Source of the DNA: Bellilinea caldifistulae | Lineage (GTDB): Bacteria > Chloroflexota > Anaerolineae > Anaerolineales > Anaerolineaceae | Direction of reading: 5' to 3' | Assembly: GCF_001306055.1 (NCBI RefSeq) | Contig: NZ_LGHJ01000011.1 | Location: 276,579-308,578, forward strand | DNA length: 32,000 nt | Shown: one piece after another, positions 1 to 8,097 of the stretch | Layout: each line of letters starts with the position of its first letter | Numbering within the stretch: the stretch's first letter is position 1 | Made by a program: the position numbers and the translations under genes | Notes under the pieces: model-generated | Told to the model about the DNA's origin: nothing | The model's input: the letters and a program-made list of their open reading frames with translations, nothing else | Databases searched by the model: none

Positions 1-152
1 CGCCGCGTCCCGGTGATGTGGCTGGGGCGTATGCCAATGCCGATACAGCCGAGCGGCTCTTGGGCTGGAAGGCACAACGCTCCATTGAGGAAGGCATTGC
101 CGATGCCTTGCGCTGGGGCAAAAAACGCAAGGAAATCCTCGGCTATGATTGA
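1..152 (+). CDS. galE: UDP-glucose 4-epimerase / NAD-dependent epimerase family, C-terminal fragment (5' end outside window)
   Basis: Frame 3 reads PRPGDVAGAYANADTAERLLGWKAQRSIEEGIADALRWGKKRKEILGYD, then TGA at 150-152. The R-x-GD ... A ... LGW ... W pattern is typical of GalE C-termini. A terminator hairpin follows. Confidence 0.55.
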   Translation, partial: PRPGDVAGAYANADTAERLLGWKAQRSIEEGIADALRWGKKRKEILGYD

Positions 153-203
153 AAAGAAAGACGGCGGTTGCAGGGGACATTCTCCAACCGCCGTCTGGTT
201 TGA
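153..203. terminator. Bidirectional intrinsic terminator between convergent galE and the M23 protein gene
   Basis: Perfect 12-bp stem AGACGGCGGTTG (159-170) / CAACCGCCGTCT (185-196) with a 14-nt loop. On the minus strand the stem is followed by TTCTTTTC. On the plus strand it is followed by GGTTTGATG, a weaker T tract. Confidence 0.6.
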
Positions 204-215
204 TGCAAGGGATGA

Positions 216-3200
216 CTAACGGTTGATCATCGGCAGGAACAGCTGGCGCGGCTCGCCGTACCAGATGCTGTAGCGGACTTCGTCGCCGAACAGGCCGTCC
301 TCCAGCGGGGCAGCCAGCAGGTAATAACTGCCGCCCGCCGGGGCAGTCCATACGAAGCTCAGGCTTTGGCCCAAACCCGCCGCCGTCTGTTCGATCAGCG
401 GATTGCCGGAAGCATCGTAGATGCTCAGTTTCAAGGCTGCCCCGCCGCCCAGGGAGCTGCCAAAGAACAGGTAGGATTTACTCGCCTCAGCCTCGAATCG
501 CAACCAGTCGCGGTCGGCGGCCGGGCAGAGCCTGTGTTCCTGGGCGGTTTCGTAGGACAAGAGGCCTGCCCCCTGGTGTTGATTGTTATCCGGTTCGCCA
601 TTGCCGGGCGCGCAGGATGAAGGCAACGTGGTGACCTGCCCGCCGGGCGGCCAGTCCTGCACATTACCGGCGCGGTCCACCGCCCGAATGCGGAATTCGT
701 ACTTGCGGCCGGGCTGACCGAGGAACCACACGGCCCCGCTCTCGCCGGTTGGTTTGACATTCCAGTCCTGCCAGCCGCCATCGTTCTCGCGATACTGAAA
801 TTCTACACGGCTGATTCCTGAGACGTCATCCTGCGCGTTCCATGCCAGCCGCACAGCGGTTGAGCCGCTGGTAGCGGGTAGGCTTCCGCTCAATTGAGCG
901 GTCGGCTTGCCGCCGTCAATTTGCAGGTTCAAGCGCCAGTCGCCCCAGATCTGGCCGTCGCTGCCGCGTGCCTGAGCGTAAATGGCTCCGCCGACCATAC
1001 CGCCGTAATTGGCAGGGTTGACGAGAATGCTCCATCCATCGCTGCCGTTGCTGTCGCTGCCGATCAATTGCCAGTTGTTGTTAGCAGCATCCGCCGGACG
1101 GTAGTAAAAGTCAACTTTTTCGATACCGCTGGCCTGCGCGTTGACCTCGACCCGCGCTTCAAACGCACCTCCGGCAATCCAGTTTGAAGCCGGAATGATA
1201 AAGCGTAACTCCGCCGGGGTGTTAAATTCCAGTAAGCGCAGAACGTAGTAGTAATCCGGACCGCCCGCGCCGGGGTGGTCCCAGGCCTTGACGCGCAGGT
1301 AGTAAGTGCCGGTATAGGGCAGGGTAATGTCAATTCGCGAGTCCTGATTCTGCTGATAAACGATGTCATCATTCTCGGCAATCAAGCCGCCCCTGCTATC
1401 CAGCAGGTACAGGTACGGGTCTAACTGCGATCCAATTACCTTGGCGTTGACCTCGGCGCGGATGGTCTGGCCCTGGAAACCAAAGAACTGGTAGAACAAC
1501 TGCGAGCCGGGCACGCACAGCGTTTCGCCAACGATGGTATCGCCGATATTGATCCAGCGCGGGGCAGAGAGGCTGATGTTGGACGGGTTGACCGCACAAC
1601 CGCCGGTGGGCTGGGTGGTCAGGATTTGAAAATTGTCAATCTCCCAGCCGACGCCCTGATTGTTGTTGCCATCCAGCGTGTTGAAGTAAAAGCGGACCCG
1701 GATGGTCTTGCCCAGGTAAGCGCTCAGGTCAATATTGGGGGTGTTGAGCCATGTATTTTGGGTGGGGGGGTCATTGGAGAACTGGCCCCAGCCGGGCAGG
1801 TCAAGGAACGGCCCGCCGTCCACCGAAATTTGCAGACGGCGCTGGTCCCACCACGGGGCGGGCGATTCGGTGCGGTAGCGGTAGTTGAAATACAGGTAGG
1901 GGCTGCCATTGTCGGGCAGACGGATGGGCGGCGAGGTCAGACTGCCCTGCCCGCTGTATGAGGTACCGTTGCCGTAACGCCAGTAACTGCCGGTGTTTTG
2001 CCAGCCGCCGGTGGCGTGCCAGTCACTGCTGCTACCGTTGAGGCTGTCGCTGTAAGGTGCGGTTTTCAGGCTGTTGTTGGGCAAAGATGCGCTGGTAACG
2101 GTGAAATTGACCCAGTCGGTGCGGTCGGCGCAGTCAGTCCCACTGGCGGCCACTTTGGCACAACCGCGCACCGCATAACTGCCGGGCGGCAAACTGCCAA
2201 TCGAAACCGCCGGGAAGGGCAGGTTGTCGTAACTCTGGTACAACTGCCCATTACGATTGAGCGTGAAGCCGAAAGCGGTTGCCGAAGGCGAGGACATGAA
2301 CAGGGTGATCGAATCGGTGGACGGGAGGGAACTCCCGCTGGCCGGGTAAGTGATCGAAGAAGAGAAGCTGGTAAAACTGCGTGCCTGAACTTTCAGGGAA
2401 GAAGCGGTTTTGGCGCCGATGGGGTTGTCGGCCAGGTTGGGGTCATCCCGCTCGAAAGCCTCGGCGCGCCCGCCGTAACTGGTGCCGTCGTAAAGCACGG
2501 CTCGCACGTTAGCCCCCACGCGGATGGACTGGGTGTTGTTGCTGCCGACCGGCGAGCCGCCGGTTGCCAGATCCGGCACGCTGATTTCACCGTTCCACAG
2601 GTACTCGCGGCAGCTGCCCTGATAATTGGGCTGGCTGTACAGGATGATTTTGTTATCGGTCAGCGTGCAGGCTGGGGCAGCCGCCGGGCAGTTGTACTTC
2701 TTCAACACGGTGCGCAACCCCTGCGGCTGGATGGTCACGTTGCCGTGATTGTCCCACACTCGCAGAGCAATATCCACCGGGCCGTTGGGTATACCGGCAG
2801 CGCATAAATTGGCTTCGACGGCGAACGGGCTTTGGGTAAAGCCACTGCCCACATCCTTCCAGACTCCGTCTAACCCGCGGGCGATGATCTGGATATTGGT
2901 CACCTGCTGGTCGTCCCACGCCGTGCCGGCCACCAGCACGGTTGGGGAGGTCACTTCTTCACCGGGAGCCGGCAGGCTCAACGAGCCCCCCGGCGGGTTG
3001 GTGCCGATGTTGCCGGAGGTGTAGCGGTTGTTGGGTTGGCACTCGTTTCCGTAGGCAGACCAGTTGGCCGCTTCATAACAGGTGCGCGGGCGGCCGTCGT
3101 TGACCGTCACATCGTCGAAGCGGATGTCCACCGAGGTGCCCCAGTACGAATTGGGGTTGGTATGGACGTGAAAATGCAGGTGACTGCCGCAGGATGCGCC

Positions 3201-4076
3201 GGTGTTATCCACCAGCCCAATGTATTCTCCCTGCTGGACGATGGCGCCGGGCGTGCGCAGGCGTTCGGGAATGCTGTCCTTGGCAAGGTGCAGGTATAAC
3301 TGGTACGTCCAGGGAGTGGTGCTGCGGTCTTCCAGCACGATGTAATTACCGACTGTGCCGTCACCCGGGCAGGCGGAGGGTGAACGGGTGGGAATATCCC
3401 ACTTTACCCGCTTGACAATGCCGCCTTTGGACGCCAGAATTGGCCAGTTCTGGTTTGGGCTGTCTTCGGCAAAATCCCAGGCGTAGCGACAGTCCACCCA
3501 GTTGGCACAGGTACTGTGGCTGACCGACTGTGAAACGCGGTGCGAGACACCCGCCGGCCAGGGCAGTTTGTAGCCGCGGTAAACGGTGGTGGTCAGAATG
3601 CTCTTGTCCTCAGTGGGGGTCAGGTACATCTGACGCAGTTCATCGCCCAGCAGGTCTTGAGGCACATCCAGCAGGGTTTCGCCCCATTCGTCATCGGCCT
3701 GCAGGGTAACATCCCAGGCGGGGACAGCCTTTTGTCCCTCGGCGGGTGCGCTCAGGCGGGCGACAGCCAACCCCGGCTCACCTTCGATGAACTGGCCGGT
3801 TTCGGGATCCACAAAGGCGAACCAGATCAGTGCCTGAGTGCCGTCCGCCGAGTATTCCACACCGACCACGCGCGGTTCATACAGCAGAAACCCCAGGGAT
3901 TGGATGCCGATTTCGTTGATTCGCTGGTCCAGGGCGGTTTGCAATTCGGGTGGCAGGCTGCTGACCGGCTCGCCCGGCGGTTCACTGGCGGCCAGCGCCG
4001 GATGAGACGAAACCAGCATCATCCACAAAGCAATCAGGACAAGGCCATTGAGAACAACAAAACGAGGTATTTTCAT
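216..4076 (-). CDS. Secreted multidomain M23 (LasA/beta-lytic-like) metallopeptidase with beta/gamma-crystallin-like, PPC (pre-peptidase C-terminal), Ig/Fn3-like modules
   Basis: Start moved to the internal ATG at 4076 (MKIPRFVVLNGLVLIALWMMLVSSHPALA is a signal peptide), with GGAGG 7 nt upstream (4083-4087). Peptidase motifs are LPWPAG, SHSTC..x..WDF and CGSHLHFHV, resembling LasA LPW / H-x12-D / GPHLHF. YSQPNYQGSCREY is a crystallin-type Greek-key motif. DPYLYLLDSRGG...YYLRVKAWD and DWLRFEA...YYLLAAP are PPC-like. YEFRIRAVDRAGN is Fn3-like. Confidence 0.85.
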   Translation of the reverse strand: MKIPRFVVLNGLVLIALWMMLVSSHPALAASEPPGEPVSSLPPELQTALDQRINEIGIQSLGFLLYEPRVVGVEYSADGTQALIWFAFVDPETGQFIEGEPGLAVARLSAPAEGQKAVPAWDVTLQADDEWGETLLDVPQDLLGDELRQMYLTPTEDKSILTTTVYRGYKLPWPAGVSHRVSQSVSHSTCANWVDCRYAWDFAEDSPNQNWPILASKGGIVKRVKWDIPTRSPSACPGDGTVGNYIVLEDRSTTPWTYQLYLHLAKDSIPERLRTPGAIVQQGEYIGLVDNTGASCGSHLHFHVHTNPNSYWGTSVDIRFDDVTVNDGRPRTCYEAANWSAYGNECQPNNRYTSGNIGTNPPGGSLSLPAPGEEVTSPTVLVAGTAWDDQQVTNIQIIARGLDGVWKDVGSGFTQSPFAVEANLCAAGIPNGPVDIALRVWDNHGNVTIQPQGLRTVLKKYNCPAAAPACTLTDNKIILYSQPNYQGSCREYLWNGEISVPDLATGGSPVGSNNTQSIRVGANVRAVLYDGTSYGGRAEAFERDDPNLADNPIGAKTASSLKVQARSFTSFSSSITYPASGSSLPSTDSITLFMSSPSATAFGFTLNRNGQLYQSYDNLPFPAVSIGSLPPGSYAVRGCAKVAASGTDCADRTDWVNFTVTSASLPNNSLKTAPYSDSLNGSSSDWHATGGWQNTGSYWRYGNGTSYSGQGSLTSPPIRLPDNGSPYLYFNYRYRTESPAPWWDQRRLQISVDGGPFLDLPGWGQFSNDPPTQNTWLNTPNIDLSAYLGKTIRVRFYFNTLDGNNNQGVGWEIDNFQILTTQPTGGCAVNPSNISLSAPRWINIGDTIVGETLCVPGSQLFYQFFGFQGQTIRAEVNAKVIGSQLDPYLYLLDSRGGLIAENDDIVYQQNQDSRIDITLPYTGTYYLRVKAWDHPGAGGPDYYYVLRLLEFNTPAELRFIIPASNWIAGGAFEARVEVNAQASGIEKVDFYYRPADAANNNWQLIGSDSNGSDGWSILVNPANYGGMVGGAIYAQARGSDGQIWGDWRLNLQIDGGKPTAQLSGSLPATSGSTAVRLAWNAQDDVSGISRVEFQYRENDGGWQDWNVKPTGESGAVWFLGQPGRKYEFRIRAVDRAGNVQDWPPGGQVTTLPSSCAPGNGEPDNNQHQGAGLLSYETAQEHRLCPAADRDWLRFEAEASKSYLFFGSSLGGGAALKLSIYDASGNPLIEQTAAGLGQSLSFVWTAPAGGSYYLLAAPLEDGLFGDEVRYSIWYGEPRQLFLPMINR

Positions 4077-4214
4077 CGCGCCTCCGCTGGAATGAACAAG
4101 GCATTCATCTATCCCTGACCCTGTTTGGAGTAACAAGGTTCGTGCCAGATGGTGATGAAAATTCCCTTTCAACCCTGAAAGGCATTTGGCGATGAAACTG
4201 GCAGGGGAATACTT

Positions 4215-5258
4215 TTAAGGAACAGGTTGGGGTGTGGATAATTGAACGATGAGGGTTTGCAGGGCAGTCTCAAAATCCGCCTGACCTGATTTTATCATCT
4301 GGTCGGTGGTCAGGATCAGGCGGTAAGCGCCTTCCAGTTTTGTTAAGCTCAGCCGCTGAGCCTGCCGGATGATATTTTCGGCTGCGAAGGCGTGAATTTT
4401 CAGGCGTTTGGCAATTTCAGCGGGAGTCGAGATGCCCTGCTCCAGTGCCTCACGGGCAAGAATCAGCAGGCGGTACTGGCGGATGATCATCCCAAACAGG
4501 CGGACGGGGTCTTCTTCTTCCAGCAGAATTTTGAGATGGCGCAGGGCGGTGCGGCTTTCTCCCGTGGCGATGGCATCCACCATTTTGAACACATCCGCCT
4601 GACCGCCGGAGGCAGCCACTTCCTGCACATCGTCCACCTCCACGGCGCGCTTGAAGTCCACGTAGGTGAGTAGTTTGCGAATTTCCTGAACGGCGATGCC
4701 GGTATCGTTGCCGGTCAGAGCAGCCAGTTCAGCAGCGGCGCGGGGGGTGAACTGCCCACCTTCCTGTTTGGCGCGGCGCAGGATCCAATCGGTCATTTCG
4801 CTCTGGCGAGGCAGGCGCAGTTCGCGCACCCCCACGCGTTGACCGCCTTTTTTTGCCCATTCCAGCAGGGGTTTGCCGCGTTTTTTATCATCGAGAATTT
4901 CCCAGCCTTTACTGCCCTGATAGCGATCCGGCACAATCAGCACCACGCGGGTTGTGGGCGGCAAACCATCCAGCAGATGGATCAGCCGCTGGCAGGCTTC
5001 GGCGGTTTTAAAGCGCGCCAAAGGATGGTGGAGGATGACCAGCCGTTTTTCGGCCAGAAAGGGCAATGCGTAGATGGCTGACTGGATTTGTTCCTCGCTG
5101 GTATTGCGGTCTTCCAGGTCAAACCGGCTCATGTTCAGGTCCCCCACGGTGGAGTCGGCCAGCGCGGCAGATTCCAGCTGAGCGGCTGCATCGGCGATTG
5201 CCTGCGTGTCATCGCCGTACAAGAGGAGCACCTGTGCTTCAGGGCGGGCTGGCTGCAT
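4215..5258 (-). CDS. holA: DNA polymerase III delta subunit
   Basis: 347-aa ORF. It has the typical delta N-terminus (LLLYGDD, RLVIL, clamp-loader AAA-like fold pattern) and C-terminal helical domain. It starts 11 nt downstream of the upstream gene's stop. Confidence 0.8.
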   Translation of the reverse strand: MQPARPEAQVLLLYGDDTQAIADAAAQLESAALADSTVGDLNMSRFDLEDRNTSEEQIQSAIYALPFLAEKRLVILHHPLARFKTAEACQRLIHLLDGLPPTTRVVLIVPDRYQGSKGWEILDDKKRGKPLLEWAKKGGQRVGVRELRLPRQSEMTDWILRRAKQEGGQFTPRAAAELAALTGNDTGIAVQEIRKLLTYVDFKRAVEVDDVQEVAASGGQADVFKMVDAIATGESRTALRHLKILLEEEDPVRLFGMIIRQYRLLILAREALEQGISTPAEIAKRLKIHAFAAENIIRQAQRLSLTKLEGAYRLILTTDQMIKSGQADFETALQTLIVQLSTPQPVP

Positions 5259-5269
5259 TTACGCCCCCC

Positions 5270-5770
5270 TCAGGAGCGGGTGTGAACGCGGTACAGCGGA
5301 ATACCGCGCCGCTCAAAGCGGTCAACCCCCATCACATGCAGACCGTTCAGGCGGGCATCGGTGGTGGCTACCGCCTGCAGCCACGGCCCGAGCGGGCGGC
5401 TGAGAATCAGGCTGAGCGTGACCAGCACGGCCACCAGCGGCAGACGCTCCCAGCGGCTGCGGGCCGAATTGCCGCTGCCCAGCATGCCGAGGAAGGCCGC
5501 CAGAGCAGCGATCAGGCCACTGGCGGCAAAGTTGGTGCCGCAGTTGGGGTGGATGGCAAGGTGAGATTCGCCCTGGTTCAGGCGGGTTTCGGCTTGATAA
5601 ATGGCTTCCTGCAAGTCGTCGAAATCCACTTTGCCGATGATCCAGAAACCGAGAGAATCGGAGTAACCGGCCAGACGCAGACGGGGATTCTTTTCGCCCA
5701 GAATTTGGAGGGTGGCATGTTCCAGGGCGTGATTGCGGCGAACGTTAGAGGGGAGGAATGGTATGGGCAT
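5270..5770 (-). CDS. Conserved hypothetical protein with His/Cys motifs (NHALEHAT, HPNCGTN) and two C-terminal TM helices
   Basis: ORF track 5270..5779. I prefer the ATG at 5770, preceded by AGGTGA 5 nt upstream; the GTG at 5779 is an alternative. Hydrophobic segments are FAASGLIAALAAFLGMLG and LPLVAVLVTLSLILS. Codon usage is high-GC and native. Confidence 0.65.
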   Translation of the reverse strand: MPIPFLPSNVRRNHALEHATLQILGEKNPRLRLAGYSDSLGFWIIGKVDFDDLQEAIYQAETRLNQGESHLAIHPNCGTNFAASGLIAALAAFLGMLGSGNSARSRWERLPLVAVLVTLSLILSRPLGPWLQAVATTDARLNGLHVMGVDRFERRGIPLYRVHTRS

Positions 5771-5793
5771 GGGTTTCACCTGTAATGGTTTAT

Positions 5794-5802
5794 TGTTATC
5801 GG
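5794..5802 (+). repeat. Left copy of 9-bp direct repeat TGTTATCGG at islet junction
   Basis: Read directly: tatTGTTATCGGaat at 5791-5805. Confidence 0.5.
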
Positions 5803-5820
5803 AATTTAAAGAAGGTTATC

Positions 5821-5849
5821 ATTATATCTCTCGGTCACTGAGCTGTGAA
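5821..5849 (-). promoter_or_regulatory. Sigma70-like promoter TTCACA-N17-TATAAT directed into the hypothetical-holA operon
   Basis: Minus strand reads TTCACA (5849-5844), a 17-nt spacer, then TATAAT (5826-5821). The -35 lies in the last codons (F-T) of the nuclease gene. The predicted TSS is about 35-45 nt upstream of the 5770/5779 start. Confidence 0.45.
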
Positions 5850-6629
5850 AGCCGAAAATCTTTGATCAATCTCAGGGCGCAATTCTATGCCAACTTTCTC
5901 AAAAATTTCCAGTAATGCTTCATAAGTTCCTTTTCCACCAAGAAAATCCCAAAATTCTTTTCCAACTTTTAATTCACGCTCCAGATCAAACATTCCTTGA
6001 AAAGTCCAACGATCATAAGGCTGAGGTTCATAGGGATTATATGGGATTCCAATCCCTGTAAAAATTTTAACATCACGATTTACTGATCCGCGAATGGCTA
6101 CCCATTCTAATAATTTTCTTTTGAAGCCGATAATATCGTCCCTGTTTGGTTTGGCTGTTTTTAGATCAAAATAATATTCAGTGCCATCGTGTGATTCAAG
6201 GAATAAATCTATACGAGGGCGTCGGATTGTCTTGATCGTTCCAGTCTGGGCTACGTCAAGAATTTTTTTGATTTCTCTCGCTTTGTCAGGAGTTTCTCTT
6301 GCTGCCCGTAAATTGTCTATAATCTCTTGAATAACAACTTGGGCATTTTCGCTAACCGTATTATCAAATTCTCTGTACTGATTGACAACGCGTCTAAAAT
6401 TTGGTGAAGCAACAATAGCCGCTACTTGTTCAAAAACTGAGGTTCCTAAGGTTGTATTGAGGGATTGTATAAAAGAAAATAAGGCCATTCGGTCCTTACC
6501 AAGCAGGCGGACGTGGAATGGCATTGATTGTGATTCTTGCGATTCTGACGAGTAATTACTCAACTTCCTTCTGATTTTTTGTTTGAGCAATTCTTCTATT
6601 TTGGTTTGTTGAGTAGCAGAAAACGTCAT
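5835..6629 (-). CDS. Type II restriction endonuclease, TdeIII-like PD-(D/E)xK fold (putative)
   Basis: 264-aa low-GC ORF starting 3 nt after the methyltransferase stop. The blocks PFHVRLLGKDR, LGTSVFEQ and IDLFLESHDGTEYYFDLKTAKPN (D ... D-x-K) match my recollection of the RE_TdeIII family and a PD-(D/E)xK core. Confidence 0.65.
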   Translation of the reverse strand: MTFSATQQTKIEELLKQKIRRKLSNYSSESQESQSMPFHVRLLGKDRMALFSFIQSLNTTLGTSVFEQVAAIVASPNFRRVVNQYREFDNTVSENAQVVIQEIIDNLRAARETPDKAREIKKILDVAQTGTIKTIRRPRIDLFLESHDGTEYYFDLKTAKPNRDDIIGFKRKLLEWVAIRGSVNRDVKIFTGIGIPYNPYEPQPYDRWTFQGMFDLERELKVGKEFWDFLGGKGTYEALLEIFEKVGIELRPEIDQRFSAFTAQ

Positions 6630-6632
6630 TTT

Positions 6633-8048
6633 TCAAGCCTTCATCATGAAAAAGATTGTTTCTTGATAGGGATCATCACCCTGCTCTGTGCGTTTTGTGA
6701 CAGCACGGTGGAATTCATCTATAATTCGCAAACCGCTTCTTTTGGCGATTTCTGGGTAAAGATTAAACCGGTCATTGGCAACAACAAAAATTTTTGCATC
6801 TGATTTTAGGAGAGGTAATACATTCCGGAAAACAGCAGCAATTCCCTCTATGTATTCAAATTGTGCCTGTTTCGACTTGCCTTTTTTCTTCGGCCCGATT
6901 TCCTGTTCATCCTGACGAGGAAAACCGAAGAGTTCGTAAGCGTAAATATGTTGATCGTGATAATCAATTTGCCCCACATAGGGGGGGGAAGTAAAGATAC
7001 CGTCAATTGGACGACCTGCAATCACTGTTGAGGCAAGTTCAGCCTTCAGGTCAACGGTTCTTGAGTCAGCTTGAATGATGTTAATACTCCTGTCTGAACG
7101 AATCTTATCAAATTCTGCTATACGGCGTGCGGTATCTCGACTGTAAGCATGGATCTTTGTGATGCAGTTGTCTATTGGATAACAAAACCGATTATGTTTC
7201 CTACACCAGTATTTTTCCCCGACAGGGAGCGGAACTTTGGGAGTAGCCAAATCGTAGTGAGGTACCAACCTGGATGAGCGAACCGCCCTGCTAAGTAGAA
7301 CGCGTAACAAATCCTGATAATGATAATTTGGAATCAAGTCCCGATAATAAAGCATTTCAATTAAAGCCCGAGGAGCAAACCATGTTTTGAGATATTCACT
7401 TTTACAATTTGCCAATAACCGGTTCTTAATATCCTCTATCGTGTCTAAAGGAAAGAGTGACCATTTGTTAATCTCAGAGCGATTCAGTTCGGCTGAAAAA
7501 TTTGCTACTTTCTTTTCGATGTCCAGGATTTCGTAACTTGCTTTTGTAATATCATACTTTGCTGCTTTAACACGAGCAATCAAGCAATTGAACGGGGAAA
7601 TGTCTATACCAATTGTGTGCATTTTCATTTCATTGCCCTGGATCAATGTGGTCCCAGAGCCCATGAAAGGATCGAGAATAACATCATCCGGCTGAAAATA
7701 ACGAGCCAGAAACCACTCTACAAGTTGTGGAATAAATTTACCCAAATAAGGATGAAGCCGATGAACATGTTTTGTTCTCTTATGCTCAGGAACATCATGA
7801 AAACCAAGTTCTGGGTGAAGCCCTGCATGGTGGTGCTTTTCAAGCCCTTGTTCTACAAGAGAGAGAAAAATCCTGATCTCTTTTAGAGAAACTCGTAGAT
7901 GCCCATTGGTTGCACGCTCTATCGGTTGGCCCAATTCGTTGTATTTTCGGATGCGACCGCGTTGAATATAATCTCGAATATTGTGAGGTGTCTTACCAAC
8001 CAACTGAGCTGCTTCGTCTATTGTGACGAGTTCAAGGTCTTCCGACAT
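6633..8048 (-). CDS. N4-cytosine or N6-adenine DNA methyltransferase with N-terminal helix-turn-helix
   Basis: AdoMet motif I is ILDPFMGSGTT (about aa 125-135). Catalytic motif IV is IFTSPPY (about aa 351-357). The N-terminal VTIDEAAQLVGKTPHNIRDYIQRGRI is MerR/excisionase-like HTH. GGAG lies 10 nt upstream of the ATG at 8048. Confidence 0.9.
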   Translation of the reverse strand: MSEDLELVTIDEAAQLVGKTPHNIRDYIQRGRIRKYNELGQPIERATNGHLRVSLKEIRIFLSLVEQGLEKHHHAGLHPELGFHDVPEHKRTKHVHRLHPYLGKFIPQLVEWFLARYFQPDDVILDPFMGSGTTLIQGNEMKMHTIGIDISPFNCLIARVKAAKYDITKASYEILDIEKKVANFSAELNRSEINKWSLFPLDTIEDIKNRLLANCKSEYLKTWFAPRALIEMLYYRDLIPNYHYQDLLRVLLSRAVRSSRLVPHYDLATPKVPLPVGEKYWCRKHNRFCYPIDNCITKIHAYSRDTARRIAEFDKIRSDRSINIIQADSRTVDLKAELASTVIAGRPIDGIFTSPPYVGQIDYHDQHIYAYELFGFPRQDEQEIGPKKKGKSKQAQFEYIEGIAAVFRNVLPLLKSDAKIFVVANDRFNLYPEIAKRSGLRIIDEFHRAVTKRTEQGDDPYQETIFFMMKA

Positions 8049-8068
8049 TTCCTGAATTCTCCGTCCAA

Positions 8069-8097
8069 AGTATTCTTGAAAGAATTTTCATTGTCTA
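8069..8097 (-). promoter_or_regulatory. Candidate promoter of the M-R operon (TAGACA-N17-AATACT)
   Basis: Minus strand reads TAGACA (8097-8092), a 17-nt spacer, then AATACT (8074-8069), about 20 nt upstream of the SD/ATG. The hexamers are only 5/6 and 4/6 matches. Confidence 0.3.
8072..8085. promoter_or_regulatory. Inverted repeat ATTCTT-GA-AAGAAT, candidate operator overlapping the M-R promoter
   Basis: Perfect 6-bp arms with a 2-bp spacer, read directly. It overlaps the putative -10 and spacer. The arms are short and the context is AT-rich, so chance occurrence is possible. Confidence 0.3.

Noticed and set aside
1764-1770. G7/C7 homopolymer inside the M23 peptidase gene as a phase-variation switch
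   Set aside because: A run of 7 in about 60% GC DNA encoding Pro-Pro is unremarkable and below the length usually associated with efficient slippage. It is noted only for comparison with the C8 tract in the low-GC methyltransferase.
4065-4082. 7-bp hairpin CCTTTCA-N4-TGAAAGG after holA as a terminator
   Set aside because: The stem is short and weak, with only a 4-T run after it on the minus strand. I cannot distinguish it from chance, so it is not listed as a feature.
4077-4172. N-terminal extensions of track ORFs: M23 protein here, plus 22996-23172 mutS2, 9856-9972 HAD, 13477-13689 nadK, 12590-12703 C39/TPR and 16862-16891 regulator
   Set aside because: The internal starts give canonical N-termini (signal peptide, the DxDGT position, family-typical first residues) and better SD spacing. 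The extensions run through terminators, neighbouring genes or AT-rich promoter DNA.
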